Source: an uncultured Clostridium sp. (lineage in GTDB: Bacteria > Bacillota > Clostridia > Lachnospirales > Lachnospiraceae). Taken from it: 64,000 bases of DNA. The position numbers and the translations under genes are program-made. Where the stretch lies: the NCBI GenBank assembly GCA_900544905.1, contig UQXF01000001.1, forward strand, positions 19,504 to 83,503, written 5' to 3'. Positions within the stretch are counted from its first letter, which is position 1, and the number at the start of each line of letters is the position of its first letter. The notes under the pieces are model-generated. The model did no database searches. It had not been told where the DNA came from and saw nothing but the letters and a program-made list of their open reading frames with translations. Of the stretch, positions 1 to 12,620 are shown in pieces.

Positions 1-1618
<1,618 letters not shown>

Positions 1619-1671
1619 CTAAAATTCTATATGTTTTTATTTGTTTTTAAGAAAATCCAAACACATTGTGT

Positions 1672-2340
1672 TTAGTTTGCTACCTTAACCATACTGTGGC
1701 GAAGCACATCTTCTTTATACATGTAACCCTTCTGCAGCTCCTCTGCTACTATATTCTCACCAAAGGCTTCATCCTCCACATGCATTACTGCATTGTGCAA
1801 ATCCGGATTAAATTCCGTTCCCTCGGCATTCATCGGAACCACGCCAATTTCCTCTAAGGTTACAATCATCTGCTTGTATATCTTATCCACGCCCTGTTCA
1901 AAGGCTCTCTCTTTATCCTCCTCCGGAATGGTCTGTAACGCTCTCTCGAAGTTATCCACCACCGGAAGCAGCTTTTCCAGTACTTCCTTTGCTCCAATGT
2001 CATACATTTTCTTGGATTCCTTCTCGTTCCGGTTTCTGGCATTCTCAAATTCAGCAAGCAGTCTTTTGTATTTGTCGTTTGCTTCCTCTGTCAGTTCCTT
2101 CTGCTTCTCTAATTCCAGCTCTAACGCCTTGTTATTGCCGCTGCTTCTCCGGTTTCCCTTTTTGCCCTTTACAGGCTTCGTACCGGTTTCTTCCTTTTCT
2201 GAAACCTCTTTTGCCTCAACTTCTGTCTCTTCAGTGGATTCAACAGCTACATCTTCTACCTTTTCTTCCACAGCCTTGCCGGTAGGTTTGCTTTTCTTGT
2301 CTGCGCTTTTGCCCGCATTACTCTTTTTCTTCTCTTCCAC
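1672..2340 (-). CDS. grpE: Nucleotide exchange factor GrpE
   Basis: The 222-aa product has an acidic K/E-rich N-terminus and the LLAEFENARNR GrpE core. It uses a GTG start and lies between hrcA and dnaK. Confidence 0.85.
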   Translation of the reverse strand: MEEKKKSNAGKSADKKSKPTGKAVEEKVEDVAVESTEETEVEAKEVSEKEETGTKPVKGKKGNRRSSGNNKALELELEKQKELTEEANDKYKRLLAEFENARNRNEKESKKMYDIGAKEVLEKLLPVVDNFERALQTIPEEDKERAFEQGVDKIYKQMIVTLEEIGVVPMNAEGTEFNPDLHNAVMHVEDEAFGENIVAEELQKGYMYKEDVLRHSMVKVAN

Positions 2341-2350
2341 TCTGACACCT

Positions 2351-3382
2351 CTAATCTTTCTTCTTAAATATTGTATCTAACTCACCCGTAAGATTTTTAA
2401 GGGTGCTGACAACCTTTTTATAATCCATTCTCTTCGGACCAATAATTCCAATTGTTCCCTTCGCACCCTCCGCCAATTCGTAGGTAGCAGTTACAATACT
2501 GCAATCCTTCATATTAGAAACCGGTGCTTCCTCACCAATATAGACCTGGATTCCTGTGGCATTATCGCTGTTCATGGACTCATCAATCAGCTCATCCAGT
2601 CCCTGTCTGTCTTCTAATGCCTCCAGTAATTTTGTAGTCTGCTCAATATTGCCAAGCTCAGGATATTTTAACATATTGGTGGTTCCACTGGTATAAATTT
2701 CAACCTCATCCGCCTCATGAATTGCCTCCGCAATACCCTGGAAAATATTTTCCATGACATCGGCGAACTCTCCAGCCTGTGCCTTAATGGTATGAATCAT
2801 CTCAAGGTTGATATCCTGCAGGGATGCTCCCTGTAAAAATGTATTGAGCAGGACATTCAGCTTCAGTACCTCATCATTGCCCAGCATTCTGTCAACCTTC
2901 ATCATCTTGTTTTTGATGACATTATTATCGACTACAATTACTGCCAGCAGCTGGTTTTCATCAACCTGAGACAGCTGGATGAACTTAAGCTTGGAATTCT
3001 GATACTGCGGAGCTGTAACCAAAGTCGCATAATTGGTGTTATATGCCAGTACCCTGGCAACCTGTTTTAAAAGAGATTCCATCTTATCCACCCTGTCTAG
3101 CAGCTGGGTCTTCATCTCTTCCATCTCCGTATCCTTCTCCACCATCATCCGGTCAACATATAACCGGTATCCCTTGTCTGTGGGAATCCGTCCGGCAGAT
3201 GTATGAGGCTGCATAATCAGTCCCAGCTCCTCCAAATCTGCCATCTCATTCCGGATTGTTGCAGAGCTCAGATTTAAATCCGTATATTTGGAAATGGTTC
3301 TTGAGCCAACCGGTTCTCCGGTCTCTAAGTAGTTAGAAATGATTGCTTTCAATATTTTCAGTTTTCGCTCATCTAACTCCAT
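2351..3382 (-). CDS. hrcA: Heat-inducible transcription repressor HrcA
   Basis: The 343-aa product has the N-terminus MELDERKLKILKAIISNYLETGEPVGSRTISK typical of HrcA. A CIRCE operator lies directly upstream. Confidence 0.9.
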   Translation of the reverse strand: MELDERKLKILKAIISNYLETGEPVGSRTISKYTDLNLSSATIRNEMADLEELGLIMQPHTSAGRIPTDKGYRLYVDRMMVEKDTEMEEMKTQLLDRVDKMESLLKQVARVLAYNTNYATLVTAPQYQNSKLKFIQLSQVDENQLLAVIVVDNNVIKNKMMKVDRMLGNDEVLKLNVLLNTFLQGASLQDINLEMIHTIKAQAGEFADVMENIFQGIAEAIHEADEVEIYTSGTTNMLKYPELGNIEQTTKLLEALEDRQGLDELIDESMNSDNATGIQVYIGEEAPVSNMKDCSIVTATYELAEGAKGTIGIIGPKRMDYKKVVSTLKNLTGELDTIFKKKD

Positions 3383-3442
3383 GCATCATACTCCTTCCGT
3401 CTCCAAATCCATATTACAGCTTCACTTTATCCTCTTTGATTA

Positions 3443-3469
3443 TTAGCACTCATTGTGCCCGAGTGCTAA
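3443..3469. promoter_or_regulatory. CIRCE operator (HrcA binding site), ttagcactc-N9-gagtgctaa
   Basis: A perfect 9-bp inverted repeat with a 9-nt spacer matches the CIRCE consensus TTAGCACTC-N9-GAGTGCTAA. It lies about 60 nt upstream of the hrcA start. A ttgaca -35-like hexamer sits further upstream on the minus strand. Confidence 0.85.
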
Positions 3470-3559
3470 CATCTGCATATAGAGTACCACCGGGATGTTG
3501 GTTTGTCAAGAAAAAAAGGTGAAAATCTTGAAAAAAATCTATGAAAAATCTGTTTCTTC

Positions 3560-3607
3560 CTTCCATAACAAAAGTCCGGAAAATGTTCCCGGACTTTCGC
3601 TCTTTTT
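3560..3607. terminator. Bidirectional Rho-independent terminator downstream of the large surface protein gene
   Basis: The stem gtccgg / ccggac has an 8-nt loop and is flanked by T-runs on both strands. Confidence 0.5.
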
Positions 3608-3623
3608 ATAGAATCTGCATTCT

Positions 3624-6600
3624 TTATTTTACTCGGATTGTAATGGTGGCTTTCTTGCCGCTTCCATCCTTCGCCTTGGCTGTAATCTTAACTTTTCCCT
3701 TCTTCTTTGCTGTAACCTTTCCCTTTGAGGATACGGTTGCTATCTTCTTATTGCTTGAAATCCAGGTCAGCTCCTTGCTGATATTCTTAGCCGGTGTGAA
3801 TTTTGCCTTTATGGTAGTGGATTTCCCTTTCTTTAATGTGGTCTTTCCCGTCAACTTTATTTTCTTCACCGCATTTTTCATAATACTAATTTTGTAGGTT
3901 TCCTTAATGCTTCCATTTTCTGCAGAGACAGCGGTAACCGTCACCTTCTTGCCCTTTCCCGCTTTCTTGGTGGTTACAACGCCCTTGCTGTTGACGGAGG
4001 CATATTTCTTATTGCTTACCTTCCAGATAACCTGCTGGTTATCTGCGTTGGCAGGGCTTACACTCACCTTTAAGGTAATTTTCTTACCCGGTGCAACCTT
4101 CTTTGTGGAACCGGTGATTTTAAGACTCTCCACCGCTATATATTCCGGCTCCGGTTCCTTAACTGTTACATTGCAGACTGCATATCTGGCACTGCCATCC
4201 TTTGCCGCCGCCTTAATCACTGCGGTTCCGGCTGCAACTGCTGTAACCCTGCCGTTGGAATCCACCGTGGCAACCTTTGTATTACTGCTGCTCCACTGTA
4301 CACTCCGGTCAAGGGCATTATCCGGCTTTACACTTATGCCCAATACAAAGCTTTCATTTACTTCAATGGTTTTCCCTGTAGCATCCAAGGTAATCTGGGA
4401 AACCAGTATTTTCCGGGCATTTACAACAAATTCCATATCACCGGTAACGGTAACACTGGCACCCTGGTTATACAGCCTGCCGTCTACCTTGTTTTTCCAC
4501 TGCAAGGTATACCCCTGTCGTGAAGCAATTGCCGGCAGGATTATGGTGCTTCCCTGTGCAAGGTTCTCCCTGCTTTCCAGCTCACGATTGCTTTCATCCA
4601 TGAACCGGACTGTATAGGAAGCTGCTGCTTTCTCCTCTACCTTAACCACACATTGCTTCTGGATTCCGTTTATTGTCGCGGTTATAGTAGCCGTACCGCC
4701 GGATACTCCTGATACCTTACCGTTGCTGTCCACTGTTGCGACACTGGTATTATCACTTGTCCAGTTAATCGTATAGGCATCCGGATTCGTTGGTGTAGTG
4801 GTAATAACAAGGATTTCTGAGCTTCCGGCTGAAATGGTGGTAACTGTCTTATTCAGACTGAAGCTTACCAGAGGATTTGTTACCGTTACAGTACACTGCT
4901 TTGTAAATCCTCCTGCTGTGATTGTAATTACAGCTGTTCCGCTCTTTTTTGCTGTAACCCTGCCGGTCTTATCCACCTCAGCAACACTTGTATTCGTAGA
5001 GCTGTAGGTTTTCTCGCCAAGGGATGCTCCCTCCGGCACAGGTGTCACCTGAATTACTCCTGTTTCCCCTGCCTTCAGGTTCATACCGGCAGGCTCCACT
5101 GTAATGTCCGTTAATTTCTCCGTAGCCGCATTTACCGTTACAGTACAGGTTCGCTCAAAGGTTCCCGCCGCACTGGTAAGCCGGGCTGTTATGACAGCTG
5201 AGCCCTCCTTTAACGCCGTCAGCATACCGCCGGAAACGGTAACCACATCCTCCCGGTTACTAATCCAGCTGATGCTGTAGTCCTTATCTGCATTTTCCGG
5301 AGTTGTGGATGCAACCGACAGTGTATAAGTATTCCCCTCAATAAGCGTGACTTGCGATGCACTCAGTTCAAATGACGTACACGGATTGGTTACTGAAACC
5401 ATACAGGTTCTGCTGATACCATTAATGGTTGCTGTAATCCCGGCTGTTCCTGTCCCCATTGCCCGGACTTCGCCATTTATAACCTCCGCAACATCCGTGT
5501 TACTGCTGCTCCAGTCCACCGTATAGGCATCCGGTTTTGACGGTACTACGGAGGTGATATTCAGCTGTCCAATCTCTCCTCCCTTTAATGCCATAGTTGT
5601 TTTATCCAGTGCGAAATCTGTCAGCGGATTTTTCACCACTATGGTACAGCTTTTTGAAATGCCATTAATGACAGCCGTTATGTGCGCTGTTCCGGTCATG
5701 CCTGCTGTCACAACGCAGCCATCAGCGATTTCCTTAACAGCCGCAACACTCTCATTATCACTGCTCCATGCCACACTGTAATTATCATGGTTCGCCGGGA
5801 CAATTGACGTAACATTCAGAGTTACCATTTCCCCTCCCGAAAGGCTGACATTTGTCTTAGTCAAGCTAAAGCTTGAAACCGGATTCGTCACCGAAACCGT
5901 ACAGGTCTTTGTTACCGAATCCAGCTTAGCTGTAATGACAGCCGTCCCCGTCGCTTTTGCCGTGATTGTTCCATCTGTTCCTACCGTTGCAACCTTTGTA
6001 TCACTGCTGCTGTAGGTTACTGTTGAGAAAACCGCATCCGATGGAGTAACGCCTTCTACCTTCAATATAAAGGTTTCCCCACCATTTAACTCTATTTGCG
6101 TTGCATTCAGTTCAAAATTGGTTACCACCGGTGCCAGCCGTGTAATGGAAACGGTAACGGTGGTCTGTTTGTAATTTGCCTTGTCTGAGCCTGTATATTC
6201 CGCCACGGCTGTCACCGTGCCGCCGGATACCAGTACCTTTGTTTTATCTGCACTCTGCCAGCTCCAGTTTGGATATGCAGTAAGGGACACCTCCCCAACT
6301 GTTTTCACATTGCTTGAAACCTCCATGGCAGATACCGGCACACTGGATGGTGCAGCTGCCTGCAAAATGGTAAAGGTTGTTGTTGTGCTTCCATAATATG
6401 TACTGCCTGCAGCGTTAATGGTTACGGTTGCCGTACCAGCATTGGTATTATTGGAATAGGAAACTGTATAGTCTGTGCCAAGCTTTAAGGTGTTTGTTCC
6501 ATCCTTTATTGTAACCGTCGGCTTAATCGCGCTTCCCGTATAGGTATGGCTCGGTATCGCCGATATATCCAACGTACTGATTGCCTTTGCTGAGGTACCG

Positions 6601-7688
6601 GCAAAGGTCAGGTTAACCGTCTTTGCCGAACTGCCGTTATAGTAGAGCCGGAAATAATATGTTTTGCCTGCCTCCAGCTCCCCGGAAAAGCTCAATCCTG
6701 AAGCCTGTACATCACCGGCATAATCTGTCCCATAGTAATTTATGTAGACAGAGGTGGAGTTGGTAGTCATCTGATACGTACCGGAAACCGCTGGTGTAAA
6801 GCTATACCATTTATTTTCCTTTGAAGCAAATGTAACGGATTCGGAATAACCATTCTTCAACACAGTAAACTCCGATTCTTCTTTAATCTCTACCCATTTT
6901 GCATACAGGTTATATACTCTGGTTACCGGTGTTGAAAAATCAAAGGAAGCTCCCGTACAGGTAGAGCTGGTATACCAGCCTTTAAAAACATATCCTTCTC
7001 TTTCCGGTGCTTCCGGTTCCTCTATGCACCCGCCTTCCACAACTCTCTGGGCTGAAACCGCAGTCCCACCCTGGCTGTAAAAGGTAATATCATATACGGT
7101 TTTCGAGATTTTTTCCACAGCAACTCCATTCATAATACTGGTATATTCTTTGCTGGTAGCATAATCATACCAGACATATCCCAGTTCCAGTTCAGGAAGT
7201 GGAAACGCTGCAGTTGTGGAATCATTTTCCACCGTCTGAAGATTGCTGCACCCATCCAATATTCCCTGCCCGAAGGATGTAATGGTAGATGGAAAAGATA
7301 TATATTTCACACTGCTGTTTGCAAAGGCCCCATCCGCCACCTCTGTTATGGTATAGGTGGTTCCATTATAGGAAATGGTTCCTTCCCAGGAACCGTCATC
7401 TCCCAATGGAAATTGCGTTGCCATATCGGAGGTATAACCAACAACCCGAAGTGTATTAGCAGATGCATCAATAACCTCAAATACCACACCATTTATGGTA
7501 AGACGCTCTCCTGCCGCTGCCGTCTGACACTCCGCTATTTCCTCTTCTGTCCCCACTACAGGCTCATATGCAAATGCCTCCAGCGGATATACGCCAATCA
7601 TCAGCACCGTAAGGACAATGCTTAAAAATCTCTGTATCCGCCTTTTCTTCCTGTAACTCCCGTTTTTCTGCCTCATTAAACCACCCAT
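3624..7688 (-). CDS. Very large secreted or cell-surface protein (about 1354 aa). It has N-terminal leucine-rich-repeat-like and Listeria-Bacteroides (Flg_new) repeats, many Big_2 (bacterial Ig-like group 2) domains and a lysine-rich C-terminal Big_2 domain.
   Basis: The track ORF is 1375 aa. The start was trimmed to the M at 7688, where AGGAGGAG sits 4 nt upstream, followed by the signal-peptide-like segment RKKRRIQRFLSIVLTVLMIGVYPLEAFA. There are repeated ~80-aa units of the form ...VxVxxGxTxxL...SSNxxVATVdxxGxVTAxxxGTAxITA, which is the Big_2 signature. The motif YTITFYSQGGTAVSAQ...GYVFKGWYT is a Flg_new repeat. No LPXTG motif is seen. Confidence 0.75.
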   Translation of the reverse strand: MGGLMRQKNGSYRKKRRIQRFLSIVLTVLMIGVYPLEAFAYEPVVGTEEEIAECQTAAAGERLTINGVVFEVIDASANTLRVVGYTSDMATQFPLGDDGSWEGTISYNGTTYTITEVADGAFANSSVKYISFPSTITSFGQGILDGCSNLQTVENDSTTAAFPLPELELGYVWYDYATSKEYTSIMNGVAVEKISKTVYDITFYSQGGTAVSAQRVVEGGCIEEPEAPEREGYVFKGWYTSSTCTGASFDFSTPVTRVYNLYAKWVEIKEESEFTVLKNGYSESVTFASKENKWYSFTPAVSGTYQMTTNSTSVYINYYGTDYAGDVQASGLSFSGELEAGKTYYFRLYYNGSSAKTVNLTFAGTSAKAISTLDISAIPSHTYTGSAIKPTVTIKDGTNTLKLGTDYTVSYSNNTNAGTATVTINAAGSTYYGSTTTTFTILQAAAPSSVPVSAMEVSSNVKTVGEVSLTAYPNWSWQSADKTKVLVSGGTVTAVAEYTGSDKANYKQTTVTVSITRLAPVVTNFELNATQIELNGGETFILKVEGVTPSDAVFSTVTYSSSDTKVATVGTDGTITAKATGTAVITAKLDSVTKTCTVSVTNPVSSFSLTKTNVSLSGGEMVTLNVTSIVPANHDNYSVAWSSDNESVAAVKEIADGCVVTAGMTGTAHITAVINGISKSCTIVVKNPLTDFALDKTTMALKGGEIGQLNITSVVPSKPDAYTVDWSSSNTDVAEVINGEVRAMGTGTAGITATINGISRTCMVSVTNPCTSFELSASQVTLIEGNTYTLSVASTTPENADKDYSISWISNREDVVTVSGGMLTALKEGSAVITARLTSAAGTFERTCTVTVNAATEKLTDITVEPAGMNLKAGETGVIQVTPVPEGASLGEKTYSSTNTSVAEVDKTGRVTAKKSGTAVITITAGGFTKQCTVTVTNPLVSFSLNKTVTTISAGSSEILVITTTPTNPDAYTINWTSDNTSVATVDSNGKVSGVSGGTATITATINGIQKQCVVKVEEKAAASYTVRFMDESNRELESRENLAQGSTIILPAIASRQGYTLQWKNKVDGRLYNQGASVTVTGDMEFVVNARKILVSQITLDATGKTIEVNESFVLGISVKPDNALDRSVQWSSSNTKVATVDSNGRVTAVAAGTAVIKAAAKDGSARYAVCNVTVKEPEPEYIAVESLKITGSTKKVAPGKKITLKVSVSPANADNQQVIWKVSNKKYASVNSKGVVTTKKAGKGKKVTVTAVSAENGSIKETYKISIMKNAVKKIKLTGKTTLKKGKSTTIKAKFTPAKNISKELTWISSNKKIATVSSKGKVTAKKKGKVKITAKAKDGSGKKATITIRVK

Positions 7689-7763
7689 GAAACTCCTCCT
7701 TATATTATAATTATATTCTTCCCATACCCCGGTACAGGCAATCATGTACAAAATTTAACAATT

Positions 7764-8207
7764 TTATGTCCGCCGGATAAATGTCATGTTGCACTTTGGA
7801 CAACGGATATTGACCTTATTTTTCCCCTTTGGCACACGGACAATCTGTTTGCAGGTGCTGCATACAAAATATGCATATTCCTCATCCTTTATGGTTTTCA
7901 CTTTCATACGCACACATAGCTTTATATACCGGACAACCTCTACCACTCTCCCCATATACCGCATATAGAAATCATTTTCCTTCCGCCGCTTATCCAGCTT
8001 TTTTGAAAAGACCCGGACATAGCAGAGTATTACAAAAAATGCTCCCAATAGGGTAAACACCCATTTTTTGGAAAACAGGGAAATCAGAATAAAAATAAAC
8101 CCTATCAGTATTATAAAATTGTTCAGTTCGTCCAGTCCACAGCGCCGGGACATAACGTCCCTCATATCCTCACGGAACATTGTAACATATTTTTTCAGCA
8201 GCCTCAT
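7764..8207 (-). CDS. Small membrane protein with a C-terminal zinc-ribbon (CxxC...CxxC)
   Basis: The 147-aa product has two hydrophobic helices and a C-terminal CSTCKQ...CPKCN zinc ribbon. No confident family assignment was made. Confidence 0.45.
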   Translation of the reverse strand: MRLLKKYVTMFREDMRDVMSRRCGLDELNNFIILIGFIFILISLFSKKWVFTLLGAFFVILCYVRVFSKKLDKRRKENDFYMRYMGRVVEVVRYIKLCVRMKVKTIKDEEYAYFVCSTCKQIVRVPKGKNKVNIRCPKCNMTFIRRT

Positions 8208-8231
8208 CCTACACTTCCATCCTTCCCTAAG

Positions 8232-9560
8232 CTATAACATAAACTCTGCCATTATTACATTGCTGACATCAATTCCGGCGTCACTGAGATACAGCCTGCC
8301 ATTTTCTTCCAGCAGCAGTTCTTTTTCTTTATATTTCGTAATGACTTTACCATACACACTTTCTATGGCAGTGCCAAACCGTTTTTGAAATTCTGCCTTT
8401 GAGATTCCCCTTGTCATGCGAAGCCCTAGAAACATGAACTCCTCCATCTCATCCCTGCGGGTTGAAAAGTGCAAATCCTTGTAATAATCACGGATAAACT
8501 CCAGCAGGGCACTGTCCTCATACTGTCTGTATTTGTCCATAGGGCTTTCTTCCCCACTGTCTTCAAAGGCATGAAACAGATTGGTATAATCATCCTCCAT
8601 CATGCCGTTACTCTGTAAAAAACGCCCTGTGTACTCCTCCATGTTTTCCACTCCATGGAATCTCAGGGTTTCACAGCGGTCTTCCCCAAGCCATACCTTC
8701 AGATAAGAGGATGCCCCCAGACCAACTCCTAAATATTCTCCTCCGGTCCAGTACACAATATTATGCTGACAGGCAAACCCCTGCTTTGCATAATTGGATA
8801 TCTCATACCTGTCATATCCACTGTTCTTCAAAAGCAGCTTTGTCCGGGCATACAGCTGCCGGTCTTCCTCCTCAGAGGGCAGAAGCTCTAACAGCTCCTC
8901 ATTTTCACTAAGGGGCGTACCCTCCTCCACGGTCAGACTGTAGGCTGAAATGTGCTCCGGCTGCAGCTTTACTACCTTTGCCAGCGTACGGATATAGGAT
9001 TCCCGGCTCTCCCCCGGCAGACCGGACATCAAATCCACATTGATATTGTTAAAGCCTGCCTGTCTTGCACTGTTGTACGCCGCAATAAACTGGTCATAAT
9101 TATGTACTCTGCCGAGAACCCTTAGCATATCGTCGTTGGCGCTCTGCAGACCGATGCTCAGACGGTTAATTCCCATTTTCTGGTATACTGCCAGTTTTTC
9201 CCTTGTTAAGCTGTCCGGATTCCCCTCTATGGTAATCTCCGCATCCTGCTTCACACAAAACACTCTGCGGATGCTTTCCATTACCTGTTCCAATAAAGCC
9301 GCATCCATGTAAGAAGGGGTTCCGCCTCCAAAAAAAATAGTTTTTACCCTGTACTCTTCTGCAATGGGTTCATATGCTTCAATCTCCCTGCAGAGTGCCT
9401 CCGCATACTGCTTTTGGACACTGTATCCACATCCGCCAAAGGACAGGAAATCACAGTAATTGCATTTTGCCTGACAGAACGGAATGTGCACATACAGACT
9501 CAATTCCCTTATCTCTGGTTTTTTCTCCATTGCTTTCCCCCTGGCACTTTTATTCATCAT
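8232..9560 (-). CDS. hemW: Radical SAM heme chaperone HemW (HemN-like oxygen-independent coproporphyrinogen oxidase family)
   Basis: It carries the CNYCDF radical-SAM cysteine motif near the N-terminus. At 442 aa it is longer than typical HemW. Its position between lepA and hrcA matches the Bacillus lepA-hemN-hrcA arrangement. Confidence 0.8.
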   Translation of the reverse strand: MMNKSARGKAMEKKPEIRELSLYVHIPFCQAKCNYCDFLSFGGCGYSVQKQYAEALCREIEAYEPIAEEYRVKTIFFGGGTPSYMDAALLEQVMESIRRVFCVKQDAEITIEGNPDSLTREKLAVYQKMGINRLSIGLQSANDDMLRVLGRVHNYDQFIAAYNSARQAGFNNINVDLMSGLPGESRESYIRTLAKVVKLQPEHISAYSLTVEEGTPLSENEELLELLPSEEEDRQLYARTKLLLKNSGYDRYEISNYAKQGFACQHNIVYWTGGEYLGVGLGASSYLKVWLGEDRCETLRFHGVENMEEYTGRFLQSNGMMEDDYTNLFHAFEDSGEESPMDKYRQYEDSALLEFIRDYYKDLHFSTRRDEMEEFMFLGLRMTRGISKAEFQKRFGTAIESVYGKVITKYKEKELLLEENGRLYLSDAGIDVSNVIMAEFML

Positions 9561-11385
9561 CCAGCTTCAGCACACTCATAAATGCCTTCTGCGGAATCTC
9601 TACATTTCCAATCTGGCGCATCCGCTTCTTTCCCTCTTTCTGTTTCTCTAACAGCTTTTTCTTACGGGTAATATCGCCGCCATAGCACTTGGCAAGCACA
9701 TCCTTGCGAAGCGCCTTCACCGTCTCTCTGGCGATAATCTTGCTTCCAATGGCTGCCTGTATCGGTATCTCAAACAGATGTCTCGGTATCTCACCCTTTA
9801 GCTTCTCACACATCTTACGGCCTCTCTCATAGGCGGTATCAGCATGTACAATAAAGGAAAGGGCATCCACCTCCTCCTTGTTAATCAGAATATCCAGCTT
9901 CACAAGGTCAGAGCGGACATAACCATTCAGCTCATAGTCAAAAGACGCATATCCTCTGGAACGGGACTTTAACGCGTCAAAGAAATCATAAATAATCTCA
10001 TTAAGAGGAAGGTCATATTTTAAAAGTGCCCTGGACTCCTCCATATATTCCATGCTCTTATACACACCGCGCCGCTCCTGGCACAGCTGCATAATCGCAC
10101 CCACATAGTCCTTTGTCACCATGATTTCCGCAGCCACAAAGGGCTCTTCCATATAATCAATCTGGGACGGGTCCGGAAGATTCGATGGATTGGTAAGCTC
10201 AATCATCTCGCCATCCGTCTTATACACCCGGTACACAACTCCCGGAGCTGTTGTCACCAAATCCAGATTATATTCTCTCTCTAACCGCTCCTGAATAATT
10301 TCCAGATGCAGCAGTCCTAAAAATCCGCACCGGAAGCCAAAGCCCAGGGCAATGGAAGTCTCTGCCTCGTAGCTTAACGCCGCATCGTTTAACTGCAGCT
10401 TTTCCAATGCATCTCTGAGCTCCGGATACTTTGCTCCATCTGCAGGATAAAGTCCGCAATACACCATAGGATTTGCCTTCTTATATCCCGGAAGGGCTTC
10501 CTCACAGGGATTGTCTGCATCCGTCACCGTATCACCCACCCGGGTCTCCTTCACGTCCTTAAGGCTTGCCGTAATATATCCCACCATTCCGGCGGAAAGC
10601 TCGTCCTGTGGAATGAACTGCCCGGCTCCAAAAATACCCACTTCCACAACCTCAACTGTTGCCCCGGTTGCCATCATTTTAATGCTGCTTCCCTTTCTCA
10701 CGGAGCCATCAAACAGACGGCAGAAAATAATAACACCCTTGTAAGCGTCATATTTGCTGTCAAATATAAGCGCCTTAAGCGGTCCATCCACGTCCCCGGA
10801 TGGTGCCGGTATCTTCGTTATAATCTGTTCTAACACCTCATCTATATTCAGTCCCGTCTTGGCAGATATCCGCGGTGCATCCTGCGCCTCAATTCCAATG
10901 ACATCCTCTATTTCATTTACAACCCGGTCAGGCTCTGCGCTTGGCAAATCAATCTTGTTGATAACCGGCATGACATCCAAATCATTATCAATGGCAAGGT
11001 AAACATTTGCCAGCGTCTGGGCTTCGATTCCCTGTGCCGCATCAACCACTAAAATGGCGCCCTCGCATGCCGCAAGACTTCGGGATACCTCGTAATTAAA
11101 ATCTACATGTCCGGGAGTATCAATTAAATTGAAAATATATTCCTCTCCGTCCTGTGCTTTGTAAACAATCCGCACCGCCTGTGCCTTGATTGTGATTCCA
11201 CGCTCCCGCTCCAAATCCATATTGTCAAGAACCTGCGCCTGCATCTCTCTGCTGGTCAGCAGTCCTGTTTTTTCAATAATCCGGTCTGCCAAAGTTGATT
11301 TTCCATGGTCGATATGTGCAATAATGCAAAAATTACGAATGTGACTCTGGTCTAAATGTGCCATTTCTTCTCTCCTGTTCCACAA
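9550..11385 (-). CDS. lepA: Elongation factor 4 (LepA)
   Basis: The 611-aa product has the G1 motif [13 protein letters not shown] and the N-terminus [24 protein letters not shown]. It overlaps hemW by 11 nt. Confidence 0.9.
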   Translation of the reverse strand: MWNRREEMAHLDQSHIRNFCIIAHIDHGKSTLADRIIEKTGLLTSREMQAQVLDNMDLERERGITIKAQAVRIVYKAQDGEEYIFNLIDTPGHVDFNYEVSRSLAACEGAILVVDAAQGIEAQTLANVYLAIDNDLDVMPVINKIDLPSAEPDRVVNEIEDVIGIEAQDAPRISAKTGLNIDEVLEQIITKIPAPSGDVDGPLKALIFDSKYDAYKGVIIFCRLFDGSVRKGSSIKMMATGATVEVVEVGIFGAGQFIPQDELSAGMVGYITASLKDVKETRVGDTVTDADNPCEEALPGYKKANPMVYCGLYPADGAKYPELRDALEKLQLNDAALSYEAETSIALGFGFRCGFLGLLHLEIIQERLEREYNLDLVTTAPGVVYRVYKTDGEMIELTNPSNLPDPSQIDYMEEPFVAAEIMVTKDYVGAIMQLCQERRGVYKSMEYMEESRALLKYDLPLNEIIYDFFDALKSRSRGYASFDYELNGYVRSDLVKLDILINKEEVDALSFIVHADTAYERGRKMCEKLKGEIPRHLFEIPIQAAIGSKIIARETVKALRKDVLAKCYGGDITRKKKLLEKQKEGKKRMRQIGNVEIPQKAFMSVLKLDDE

Positions 11386-11453
11386 TCCGGCTGCCGGGAA
11401 GAAATAAATTGCCCTATTCAGCCAGACTACATAATTGGTATAATTATAGCATA

Positions 11454-12581
11454 TTATTCTTTTTTACTCAACACTTTATAAAGGATTGCCGCCAGTGGTT
11501 CCATGGCGTTTTTCTCCTCCTCCAGCGTATTATTTTGTGCCCCCACCTCAATCAGGGCTGTTCTCGGCAGCAGATGAAGATTATACCGGAGGCTTCGCAC
11601 ATAAATCTTTCTCACATAATCCCCATAATGCTCTTTTCCGGTCAGGTACATCTGAAAGGAAAATGCCAGGTTGGTAAGCTTATTGGGATTTTTCAGATAC
11701 TCAATCTCTCCATTCATATTGGAGCGGCTGACGCCATTTAAAAACATGATTTTTGCTGTCTGCTTGCCATTTACCTCCGTCACAAGATGGGTCTCCTCAT
11801 CGACACCGTCCCTGTGCAAATCAATCACCACCTCAATTGACGGATTTTCCTTTAATATTTTTGACACGCTGTTATATGCATTCTCATATGCCTTGCTTCT
11901 GTCTAAAACCCCGTCAATTACATCATAGGCAGTCTCATCATGATAGACCGGGATTCCGTACTGCTCCTCCAGAATCCGGGTGAGATAACTCCCCACCCCA
12001 ATAATGGTATCCTCCTTTTTTCCCTCCCTGCTGTCAGCAAAGCTCTCCGAACCGTGGGTGTGGTAAATAAGTATTTTATATTCCTTTTTGTCCCCTGTCT
12101 GCTTTAAATCCTCCACTGTCAAATCCGAATCCAGCAGATTCCCGATATCCAGCTCTTCCTTCGTCATACTGGTATTGCTGTCCACCACAAATATCTTGCT
12201 GAGCAGGAAATCCGCTTCTTTCAGCTGTTCCCTGGTATATGTTGTCCCGCCTGTTCCATCCGCCAGGGTAGTCACGGAATTGTCCAATCCACTGTCCTCC
12301 GTTTCCAGTGTTTCCATTATAATATCACCATTCACCGGCTCCTCGTTTTCATCCTCATAAAACCAGTCCGGAACCTGGTAATCCGCCGCATAGTCCACCT
12401 CCGGATTTCCATATTCCTGTTCATATGTAAGCAGCGGTATCATCTGGGCAGTCATTTTCAGAAAAATGTCCTCATCCTCCTCTGGAGGAAAACACAAAAA
12501 CCAGAGAATAAGGAGCGCCAATACCGCAAATCTTTTTTTATTTGATTTTTTTATATTCCCGGAATACTGATATTTTTTCAT
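11454..12581 (-). CDS. spoIIP: Stage II sporulation protein P (SpoIIP)
   Basis: The 375-aa product has a signal or anchor segment. It sits immediately downstream of gpr and upstream of lepA, as in the B. subtilis gpr-spoIIP-lepA order. Confidence 0.65.
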   Translation of the reverse strand: MKKYQYSGNIKKSNKKRFAVLALLILWFLCFPPEEDEDIFLKMTAQMIPLLTYEQEYGNPEVDYAADYQVPDWFYEDENEEPVNGDIIMETLETEDSGLDNSVTTLADGTGGTTYTREQLKEADFLLSKIFVVDSNTSMTKEELDIGNLLDSDLTVEDLKQTGDKKEYKILIYHTHGSESFADSREGKKEDTIIGVGSYLTRILEEQYGIPVYHDETAYDVIDGVLDRSKAYENAYNSVSKILKENPSIEVVIDLHRDGVDEETHLVTEVNGKQTAKIMFLNGVSRSNMNGEIEYLKNPNKLTNLAFSFQMYLTGKEHYGDYVRKIYVRSLRYNLHLLPRTALIEVGAQNNTLEEEKNAMEPLAAILYKVLSKKE

Positions 12582-12620
12582 AATACCATTTTATTCCGGA
12601 TTTTATATTGTATGCCAGAA

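Noticed and set aside
1793-2380. A 195-aa plus-strand ORF opposite grpE
   Set aside because: Its S/F/L-rich product is the antisense of the K/E-rich GrpE N-terminus. The GrpE motif on the minus strand is decisive.
3541-7625. Several plus-strand ORFs of 60-236 aa inside the large surface-protein gene (for example 3541..3897, 3907..4617, 4798..5007, 5554..5781, 6181..6396)
   Set aside because: They lie antisense to a clearly coding 4-kb minus-strand gene. Their products are low-complexity and hydrophobic with no start context. They are shadow ORFs.
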